Part shown: in pieces, positions 35,001-46,950 of the stretch
How the letters are laid out: each line of letters begins with the position of its first letter
Position numbering within the stretch: the stretch's first letter is position 1
NCBI RefSeq assembly: GCF_001194135.2
Contig: NC_068986.1
Span: 115,038,485 to 115,102,484 of the forward strand
Length of the DNA stretch: 64,000 bases
Direction: 5' to 3'
DNA from: Octopus bimaculoides
Lineage: Eukaryota
The notes under the pieces: model-generated
Databases searched by the model: none
What the model was told of the DNA's origin: nothing
Seen by the model: the letters and a program-made list of their open reading frames with translations, nothing else
Translations under genes and position numbers: made by a program

Positions 35001-37031
35001 CCAGCTGTAGAAACCAAGTTAAAACAGACAACTGGGACATGGTGCAGCTCTCCAGCCTTACCAGCTCCTGTCAAACTGTCCAACCCATGCCAGCATGGAA
35101 AATGGACATTAAATGACGCTGCTGCTGATGTATGTAACAAGTAAAAGCATAGAGGTATTGGGCATTACATTTAGTCGTCCCACTGAAGCAATGCTCCTTT
35201 CCAGCCAGTTTTTGCATCAGTATTGGCTAATTATTTACATTATTTACATTTGACGGATATTTGTCCTCATCTTGTTTGTTGTTAACACAATGTTTCGGCT
35301 GATATACCCTCCAGCCTTCATCAGGTGTCTGGGGGAAATTTCAAACCTGGGTTCTCATTCCTAAGGTATATTGTTGTTCTTCTTATTACTATTACTATTA
35401 TTATTATTCATGTCACTGCCTGGAATCGAAGTCGGAATCTTGGGGTTAGTAGCCCGCGCTCTTAACCTCTATGCCATATGCCCGTGGGCAATTATGGAGT
35501 GAATTTTAGGGCTTATAAATCTAATATTTTCCAATCCTTCTTTACTCATAATAATAATAACATTGAAGAAATAGCTTAGGAATGAGAACCCAGGTTCTAA
35601 ATTTCCCCAAGACACCTGATGAAGGCTGGAGGGTATATCAGCCAAAATATTGTGTTAACAACAAACATGATGAGGACAAATATCCGTCAAATGTAAATAA
35701 TACAAATAATGTAAATAATGCAAATAATGTACATAATTCCTCATCTCTTAAATATAGAACAACATTTCGTCTATCTTTACGTTCTGAGTTTGAATTCCAT
35801 GGAGATTAACTTTGTCTTTCATCGCATTCGGGTTGATAAAACAAATAGCAATTGTGTACTGGTTCTTATTTATTGATTCCAATAGAAAAAAAGCAGGCAA
35901 ATCTCTCTAAAGAACATATTAGTCAATGTAGTCCTGGATACACAATGTCTTGACAAAATGATAGTTGGAAAATCTCTTTTGATTAATCTACATCGAACAG
36001 GCCTGATTGAGGGTCAAACCACAACTGCAAAGTTAATATGAATTGATGAAAGAATTGAACTTACTTGGACAAAGTGGACAACACTGATCCGATTGTTGTA
36101 TTGGATAATGACATAACTGTGGTGGACACTTCTCTGTTGTACACAATATGATACCATAATGACATATGCAGCTGGTGCACTTGCCCAACTGCCACACCTC
36201 ACCTTCAACATAATCGTTACCGTTGTTACCATGACATGTCCGCTGTTGAGTGGAGCCCTTAATTAGGAGAGTGTCAGTACCTGCAGGTAAATACAGAAAA
36301 CAAGGATTTAATAAATTGATGTTGAAGGGAGTCAGAGAATGTTTGAGGAAAGAAAGACATGGGTATTTAATATACTGATGTTAAAGTGAGTTAAGGCCTC
36401 CAAGAAAATACAGACAGTAATGTTCTGCTTCAGATTGGAATCATTTTTTTTGTCCCTGACCCAGGAAAGATGACAGGTAGAACTAAATTTGGCAACATTT
36501 GAATTCAGAGCACAGACAGTCATGAAAACACCACAAGGTATTCCCAAGCAAACATTCTAACAATTCTGCCATTTATGGTATATTGCGTAAAAGACTGACG
36601 ACTAAATGGAGGAAGTTGGTTGTGGTGAAGGTAGAAAACGAAGGAAGAATTGGTAAGAAATAGCGATATCAGGTCTAAGAATGTTGGAGCCTTGCAAATC
36701 TATTATCAGGAAAAACAAAGTTAACACAGCAGCGAGAAAGATAGTGTTAGGTAACACGGAACAGCCATTATGATGACGATGATGATGATGATGAAGATGG
36801 TGGTGGTGATGATGATGATGATGTTGAAGATGAAAATTTGTGAAATAGCAAACATACACAGCTTTTTCAAAAGTTCTCTATCAAAATACTACGGTTTAAT
36901 TGTTGTCTGTGTTTTGAGTTACAACAGAAAGACTTTGTTGTAGTTGATAGTCTGGCATGCGGTTTGTTGAAATTAGACTAACATGTGTGTACGTGTGTGT
37001 GTGTGTGTATGTGTGTGTGTGTGTGTGAGAA

Positions 37032-37062
<31 letters not shown>

Positions 37063-38064
37063 GAGATATGGAAAAGTTTGCTAGAATAGTTTTTGCATCT
37101 GACACAACTAGTTTGACATTGTCTCAATTCCTACAATGGAAGTGTTGTGTCTGAGAGACTGTTGGCTGCTCTGCCGGGTAAATGGTAAATAATAATGAGC
37201 AAGATTACGCAGCGCACACACTACAATCATATATACACTGATAAAGTATGCCTAGATACATATAGTACAAACATATACACTACACACACCTTTATATCTC
37301 TCATCATCATCCGCATTTAACATCCATTTTCCATGCTGATATGGGTTGGACAGTTTAACCAGAGATGGCCAGCTGGAGGGCTGCACCAGGTTCCAGTCTA
37401 ATTTGGCTTGGTGTCTACAGCTGGATGCTCTTCCTAACACCAACCACATTACAGAGTGGCACTGGGTGCTTTTAATGTGCCACCAGCACAAGCGCTTTCG
37501 CATGGCACCAGCATGCGTGCTTTTTGCATGGCATTGGTACAAGACTCTTGGAAGCCAGTTCTCTTCACCAGGAGGAGTGACTTCAACACTTCTGCTGTGG
37601 AGGATGGGACTTCTTCAATACAGCAAGGCACCAGATAATCTGGTTCTTTGTCATCTCATCTGAAAGGTTCAACATCCTGATGTCGTCCTTCAGTACTTCA
37701 TCCCATATCTTTCTGGGTCTCCCTCTTCCACGAGTTCCATCCATTTTGAGAGATTGGTACTTCTTTATGGAGCTGTCGGCATCATATGACCAAACCAGCA
37801 CAGTCTTCTCTCTGGCACACAGCATACAATTCCCTTTATGCTTAACTTCTCTTCCAAAACACTAGCACTCTGTCAAACATGTACACTCACATTACACATC
37901 CGGCAGAGCATACTAACCTCATTCCTTTCTAACCTTTGCATGTCCTCTGCATTCAGGGCCCACATCTCACCACCCTGTAGAATTGCTGTCTCTATAAATG
38001 CATCATACAATCTTCCTTTTGTTTGGAGATAGAAACTTTTGGTTGCCCATAGAGATAAAAGCTC

Positions 38065-38117
<53 letters not shown>

Positions 38118-41100
38118 GCACCCTTTTAAAGCCTAACCAGGCTCATGGGCCCAGTTTCCCGGTTTCAATGGTATATGTGTTCCCCAGTAGGACGGGACGC
38201 TAGTCCATCGCAGTGTTACTCATTTTTGCCAGCTGAATGGACTGGAGTAACGTGAAATGAAGTGTTTTGCTCAAGAACACAATGCGTCGCCCGGTCCAGG
38301 AATTGAAACCACAATCTTACGATCATAGTGCTGACACCCTAACCACTAAGCCACGCACCTCCACATATATATATATTTACATTCCACGAAGAATGTAAAT
38401 AATGAACATAATTCCTCATCTCTTAAATATAGAACTGTATTGCCCGTATAATAGTATAATACAGAATGTTGTGTGTGAGTTTTACCTGAGAATGTACCTT
38501 AAGAATGTAAAAATATAAAACAAAGCCATGTAGGCCTACAGGCCGACTTACGACCATTCAGGCGGAACCAATTGTGGTTGTAAGTCAACGACGACTTGTA
38601 CTGACGGGCTTCTTTCAGTTTCCGTCTACCAAATCAACTCACAAGGCTTTGGTTGAGCTGAGGCTATAGTAGAAGACGTTTGTCCATGCAGTAGGACTGA
38701 ACCTAGAACCATGTGGTTGGGAAGCAAACTTCTTACCACACAGCCATGCCTACATATCACAACACACACAGTCATAGCATAACCATAAATCTCTGGGCTT
38801 TGCCTTTTTTAAAGGTGTTACTTACCTGCGCATGATGGGCAGCAGTCCCCAGGTCGGAATATCGGGTTGTGACACTTTGGAATGTTACAGGTAATTAATG
38901 AGCAAAGTTCTTGTCCCTCCCTACAGTAGCACTCACGGCAACCATCATACCACATGTCGCCATCTTTGTAATGTCTTCCATTGGACATGCAGCTGCTTGG
39001 TAACCATAGCGATGATGATGTTGGGGTCTGAAGGGTTGACGACTTTCTGTTATATAACTCATCTGAAAGAACAAATAAAAATTCCTTGAAATATTCATGT
39101 TGTTAAGGTTTGACTGATTGGGGGGGGGGGAGGATAACATTAAATATTCTTTTCTTTTATCTTTTATTTTACTTGTTTCAGTCATTTGACTGTGGCCATG
39201 CTGGAGCACCATTTTTTAGTCGAGTAACTCGTCCCCAGGACTTATTCTTTGTAAGCCTAGTACTTATTCTATCGGTCTCCTTTTGCCGAACCACTAAGTT
39301 ACGACAACAGATGGTTATAAACAACAACATGCCTCAGATTCACAGAGTCAGTATTTATTTTCTATTTCCAGTGCTTGGAAGTGAAGTGTGTAGAGTGTGG
39401 ACGTTGCATGTGCCTGGCGAGTGGCATCTGTGGGACCTGATTTTTGGAAAGAGGGATAAAATTGCAAGGAGCAAGGCCTGGGGAATGTTGTGTTTGGACA
39501 AAAATTGCTGCACAAGCTGTGCTGACTGGACAGGTGCATTGTTGTGGTGGAATTGCCACTCACTGGTTGCATGTGATCACGCTCTACACACTTCCAAGCA
39601 CTTTTATAAACAATGGAAGGGAGCAAGAGTGTTAGAATCTAGTGTACCTGTGCGACACGGTTCAGGATCGATCTGTGCCAAGCAGTTTCACTCTGAGTAC
39701 TTTAGCTCAGTTACCATAGCAACAGTCTTGATACTTTTTGATCAGACCTCATAAACACACAAACATATACACATGCGCACACATTACAAAGATAATATTT
39801 TTTTCTTTATTACCCACACGAGGCTAAGCATAGAGGTGATAAACAAGGACAGACAAAGGGATTAAGTCAGTCAGATCGACCCCAGTGTGTAACTGGTACT
39901 TATTTAATTGACCCTGAAAGAATGAAAGGCAAAGTCGACCTCGGCAGAATTTGAACTCAGAATGCAACGGCAGACGAAATGCTGCTAAGCATTTCACCCG
40001 GCATGCTAACGATTCTGCCACACTGCCTTAAATATTACAAGGATATAATATTAAATGTGTTGACAACATATTCTTAGCAACAACATATCTCAAGACAGTA
40101 TTTAACTTTCCACTTACCTACACACATACATAACTTGCAGCCCCTGCGGTTGGTTATAAAGCCGAAAGGACAACGCTTGGTGCAATGTATGTATGGACAT
40201 GTGTGACATTTGCAACGAAGACAACCGTTTCTGGTGCGCTTGTAGCCGAACTTACAGCGGCGCTTACATGAAGTGATGGCAGGACATTTAGAGGGAGCTG
40301 CGGCACATTTACAGGTCTGGCGGTTCTTTTCATCCACTTCGTAACCATATTTACAGGAAATGGAACAATTGTCTGAGAATGAACAGAGATATTAATTAAA
40401 TATAATAATTATAATATAGATGATATGGTAACAAGATAACGAGGACTAAAATATATGAAATGAATGAAAGGATGACAGATGGGGAAGGGCAATAAGGGAA
40501 ATCAGTTTCTTTGTAAGATATTACAATAGGTTTAATTGAACTAGTATTACTGGTACTTCTGACTCCAGCACTGATAAATGATTTGAATCAGAAAACAAAA
40601 GAACAAGATGCAATTCTATATGGTGCGATGGGTCACCGCTTTATATTTTTAATTTTGTGCATTGTTTGTTTTTGATTTTGTTGACTACACAGTATAGTAG
40701 GGTCAGTTGGGCACTATCTGTGAGAAAAACAGCACCATGACACAATTCACTTTGCCAGAAATTTGGAAACAACATGCTGTATTGCTTGCTTTACATTTCT
40801 AATATGAACAGATGGTGAACACAGAACAACCGTTGGCTTGCTGTGTCCCCAAAACATGTACTGAGAGTGATAAAAATCAAACATCCAGTCAACATCATAG
40901 CATTTGGAGTGATCACTAGTGATGGTGACGTTATGCTTCCATTCACCTTCCCACAAGGCCTCAGACTCAACACAGAGGCCTACATCAACTGCCTGGAGGA
41001 GTTAGTGCTGTCCTGAGTTGAGAGGCTGGCTGCTGGAAGATCCTATGTCTGACAACAGGATTCTGCACCATGCCACACAAGCAGGAGAACCCAGTTATGG

Positions 41101-42564
41101 CTGTTAGACAATTTCTGCGACCACATCATCCCTAACATCTGGCTATATACGACATGATCTGTGTCCTTATATGTTCAGCAACATTCGTCCTAAACCAAAA
41201 CTGCCATGTTACGTTGGCAAATAATCTTTACTCAGGATAGTCTTCCATTGCACCATTCCTGCCAAATTATCATCTTAATAAAGTAGAAGACCTTAAAATT
41301 ATAGGAAGCTTACGGAACACATACCTGTGACCTTACCTCTGACATAAGTTACTGGTGAGGAATGGTAATAACCAGGAGTTAAAACTGGACCTTACAGACT
41401 TTGCTTGTCAGGAATTTATTGGCAAAGAACCAAAGAACCACCAGGTTTTTGTTTTTAATGATTCATATTTTTCTCTCTTTTGATTCTATTCGTGATTTAA
41501 GTATAAGTGTTATTGATTTTGATCCTTGGGTCGCCCTCCTAGAAAAGGTGCATAGCCAAGGGGTCAAGGTGTTGCATTCAGGGTTGTAGGATTGTGGTTT
41601 TGATTCACAGATCAGGCAAAACATTTGTTTCTCTTTGTTTAATCCTATTCAGCTGTAAATGAGCAAACCCTGTATTGGAATCACATCCTGTTCAGGGAAG
41701 AGGACGTTGTGATCTCAGCCCTTTATATGCCATGGAAACCAAGTAAGTAACTGTGAGGGGTCAAAGACAGTAACGTCCAGAGGTTGATGATAATGATGAT
41801 GTTCCTGCTGCTGCTGATGAAGTTGAAGATGACGATGATGGTGGTGCTGATGATGCTGATGTTGACGATGGTGGTGCTGATGATGCTGATGATGTTGATG
41901 ATGAAGTTGAAGTTGATGATGACGATGATGGTGGTGCTGATGATGCTGATGTTGACGATGGTGGTGCTGATGATGCTGATGATGTTGATGATGAAGTTGA
42001 AGTTGATGATGACGATGANNNNNNNNNNNNNNNNNNNNNNNNNNNNNNNNNNNNNNNNNNNNNNNNNNNNNNNNNNNNNNNNNNNNNNNNNNNNNNNNNN
42101 NNNNNNNNNNNNNNNNNNNNNNNNNNNNNNNNNNNNNNNNNNNNNNNNNNNNNNNNNNNNNNNNNNNNNNNNNNNNNNNNNNNNNNNNNNNNNNNNNNNN
42201 NNNNNNNNNNNNNNNNNNNNNNNNNNNNNNNNNNNNNNNNNNNNNNNNNNNNNNNNNNNNNNNNNNNNNNNNNNNNNNNNNNNNNNNNNNNNNNNNNNNN
42301 NNNNNNNNNNNNNNNNNNNNNNNNNNNNNNNNNNNNNNNNNNNNNNNNNNNNNNNNNNNNNNNNNNNNNNNNNNNNNNNNNNNNNNNNNNNNNNNNNNNN
42401 NNNNNNNNNNNNNNNNNNNNNNNNNNNNNNNNNNNNNNNNNNNNNNNNNNNNNNNNNNNNNNNNNNNNNNNNNNNNNNNNNNNNNNNNNNNNNNNNNNNN
42501 NNNNNNNNNNNNNNNNNNNNNNNNNNNNNNNNNNNNNNNNNNNNNNNNNNNNNNNNNNNACAAT

Positions 42565-42612
<48 letters not shown>

Positions 42613-45600
42613 GAATAAAGTTACAGATTGAATTTACCTGGCTTTCACACAGTTTTTACCAAATTTGCTCAAAAAGGCATCAATAACCAAAAGAACCAGT
42701 CAAGTGATTGGTTGATGTAATTAATTAACCCCACACACCAGCTGGCTTTGTTTCTAAATTAGAAACAGTTATCATTATCATCATCATTTAACGTCCGCTT
42801 TCCATGCTAGCATGGGTTGGACGATTTGACTGGGGACTGGCGAAGTGGATGGCTACATCAGACTCCAATCTGATTTGGTAGAGTTTCTACAGCTGGATGC
42901 CCTTCCTAACGCCAACCACTCTGAGAGTGAGATGGGTGCTTTTTATGTGCCACCGGCACGAGGGCCAGTCTGGCAGTATTACAATTATAAGGCAGCGAGC
43001 TGGCAGAAATGTTGCTGATATGCTTAGTGGTATTTCGTCCATCCTTACTTTCTGAGTTCAAATTCTGCTGAGGTCGACTTTGCCTTTCATCCTTTTGGGG
43101 TCAATAAATTAAGTACCAGTTGCATACTGAGGTTGATCTACTTGACTGGCCCCCACCCCAAAAATTTCAGGCCTTGTGCCTAGAGAAGAAAAGAATTAAC
43201 CCCCCACATCCTTTCAAGGTTGATAAAATAAATACCAGTTTAATACCAGGAGTTAATCTAATCTACTTACCTCCTCCTCTGAACTTGCTGGTCTTGTGCC
43301 AAAATTTAAAATCATTATTATTATCATTTATTATCTTTGCACAGCTTCTAATGCTGGAGATGTACTACAGTGTCAGCCGTTAACTACCAGTGAACTAAGG
43401 TAACATCCCTTATTTTTCGAGCACCTTCCAGAGTATTCGAGCGGTTCCAAGCAGTGCTTTTTTTCTGCATGGGCTCCACCCTTATTGCAACCCTTATTTG
43501 TTCCATGTACTTCTCAAAAAAAAAAAAAAAAAAACGCAAAAAAAAGAAACAACTTGAAAATCCCGCCCAAATTATTATTAAGGTGACAGGCTGGCAGAAC
43601 CATTAGCATGCTGGCAACAAGCTTAGCAGCATTCCATCCATTGTTTTTATATTCTGAGTTCAAATGCTGCGGGGTTTGGACTTTGCCTTTCATCCTTTTG
43701 GGGTTGAGAAAATAAGGACCAGTTGAGTACTGGGGTTGATATAATCAACTTACTCTCTCCTCTGAAATTGCTGGCCTTGTGCCAAAATTTGAAATCATCA
43801 TCATCATCATCATCGATGATGACGATGATGATGGTGGTGATGATGGTGATGGTGATGATGATGATGGTGATGATGATGATGGTGATGGTGATGATGATGG
43901 TGATGGTGGTGGTGGTGGTGATGATTTTTAATAATAAGGTTGCAAAATTTGGGAGGAGGAAGTTCCGTCACTGATATTGAACTCAGCATAAGACTGGTTG
44001 TTTATTTGACCAACTCTTGAAGGAAGAAAGGCAAAATGGACCTTAGTGTGGTTTGAACTCAGAATATAGAATTAGAAAAAAATACCACAAGGTATTTTGT
44101 TCAACACTCTGCTGATAGCAATAACAATAATAATACTAATAATAATAATAATGAGGGATAATAACGATAGATAATAGCGACTAATTCAGGGTTTTAATAA
44201 AGAAAAGAAAAAAACAACAACAAAAGAACAAAAACAAAGAGAAACAAACAAAAAATACTTTGCAGGTAGGAAGAATGACAATAATGAGAACTTACTCTCA
44301 CAGACTGGACAGCACTGTCCTGGGACACTTCGGCCATTTGGACAGCGAACGGAACACATTTCGGTCTGACATTCTACAACACCATTATTACATTGACATG
44401 ACAAACAACCTTCTTCTTTCCATTTCTCAGAATTCTTGTAAAGTCTGTCACCATTCATACAACCTTCGGTGAGGAATAATTAAATAATTACATGTCAAAT
44501 TAGAATTATTAATTTATTACTGACATTAGTCCCATGGTGGTAAATTACGGATGAAAGAACGTTACTTATTTTACTGACCCCAGGATGTTGAAAGTCACAG
44601 TTATTGAGATTTGAACTTGGGATACAAAATAAGGTAATCGAATAAAAATCCTTTCTGTTATAAGCACAAGGCCTGGATTTTGTGGTGAGGGGGATTGTCG
44701 ATTACATTGACCCCAGTGATTCACTGGTACTTAATTTATCAACCCCAAAAGGATGAAAGGCAAAGTTGACCTCAGCGGAATTTGAACTCAGAACATAGTG
44801 ACGAGTGAAATACCATTAAGTATTACATCCAGTGTGCTAACGATTCTGCCAGCTCGCCAATTTAATCTAATCGAATAATGTCATCAGTCTTAGACACAAA
44901 GGGAAAAGAAACGGTCAGATATATCAACCCTAGTATATGTCGTGACACTCCGTCAGTTACGAGGACGAGGGTTCCAGTTGATCTGATCAACGGAACAGCC
45001 TGCTCGTGAAATTAATGTGCAAGTGGCTGAGCACTCCACAGACATGTGTACCCTTAACGTAGTTCTCAGGGAGATTCAGCATGACACATAGTGTGACAAG
45101 GTTGGCCCTTTGAAATACAGGTACAAGAGAAACAAGAAGAGTGAGAGAAAGTTGTGGTGAAAGAGTACAGCAGGGTTCACCACCACCTCCTGCCGGAGCC
45201 TCGTGGAGCTTTAGGTGTTTTCGTTCAATAAACACTCACAACGCCCGATCTGGGAATCAAAACTGCGATCCTATGACTGTGAGTCTGTTGTCCTAACCAC
45301 TGGGCCATTATGTCTCCACAGTACATGTAAAGTGAAGAATCTTCCCAGTCATATAGACTCATGATGGCTGGTCTCCTGGTTTCTATGATGTCCCCACCTG
45401 GATGGGACACCAGTCTGTTGCAGGAATACTCGGTTCTACCAGCTGAGTGAACTGGAGCAACATGAAATGAAGTGTTTTGCTCAAGAACACAACGCATCAC
45501 CCAGTCCAGGAATTGAGACCACAATCTTACGATCACGAGTCCACCACCCTAACCATTAAGCCATGCACCTACACCCTAGTACATGACTGGTGCTTTATTT

Positions 45601-46919
45601 TATCGACCCTGAAAGGAAGAAAAGCTAAGTTGATGTAACCAGGATTTGAGCTCAAAACATAAAGAGCATAAAAAAAGGATTAAAAAAATAATTCTGGGTC
45701 CTAAATGGCCAACATTACATGTTTTATTTCCCTAAAGTTTTTTTTTTTTTACCTGAATATGATCTGGTGAAATTGATTGCATCTAATATATCCCTGTGTC
45801 TTTTATGCCATCAACTATGGTAACTAAATACTTCCAGGAATTTAATCCATTTCTCCAGTGTTACAGATAAAGGCATTTTGTCTGCAGACAAAAGGTCTTT
45901 AGCTGCATCAGAAAATGGTAGCCAAATCTTCCTCAAGTCACACTATTCTTTTAAAAAAATAAGACATACAAAAACAGTGTAGTCTTTGATATACAAAAAG
46001 GCAGGAGGGTCATGGTTAGATCACTTTTGATTATGGCTGATCTGCTGAACTTCTATGTGGTCCTTCAACCTGCCAAAACTAGAATGTAAATCTCCTACAA
46101 ATATACACCCTGTATTTTATCTTCTGCTTCTTTCAGTCTGTAGCCATGTTCGGGTACCAACTTGAAGGGTTTTAGCTGAATGGATTGACCACCAGAACTA
46201 ATATTTTCTGAAGTCTGGTGGTACTTATGGTATTGGTCTTTTTGTTTTTTAAACCAAACTGCTAAATTATGGGGACATAAACAAACTAATACTGGTTATC
46301 AAACAATGGTAGGAGACAAACACAACACACACACATGATTACATGATGAGCTTCCACCTAGTTTCTGACAACCAAATTTATTCACAAGGCATTGGTGAAA
46401 GGGGCTATGGTGGAAGACACTTGCTCAAGGTGCCACACTGTGGGATTGAACCCGAGACCATTAGGTTGCAAAGCAAGCTTCTTAAGCACACAGCCATGCC
46501 TGTGCCTATCATTTAATATATATCAAGCAATGAGACAGCCATAGCTGGAGAGACTAGCTCTAAGGGATAAGTGATACATACCTTTGCAGACAGGACAGCA
46601 CTGTCCTTGTGGGACGGTCATCCAGCCACACTGGAGGGGCTTGCATTTCTCCTTCTGACAAGAGATCAGACCATTGTTACAGCTGCATTTGGTGCAGTTG
46701 TCATGCTTCCATTCAGCAAGATGTTGGTAGATTCGTCCATCAGAAAAACAAATGTTCCCTACAGAAGGAAAGAAGTGGAGGGTGGGGGGAGAGAGGAAGA
46801 AAGAGAACAGAAAATGTATAAATACAAGCAAAAACAAATTACAAAAATATATTTTATTGTTTGTGGGAGAGGTACAGCTCATAGCTTTCACTTTCTTTTG
46901 AATATACATCAAAGCTTTG

Positions 46920-46950
<31 letters not shown>

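Noticed and set aside
41715-42614. Poly-His/Gln and poly-Met ORFs
   Set aside because: (GAT)n-type repeat plus an N gap; not coding.
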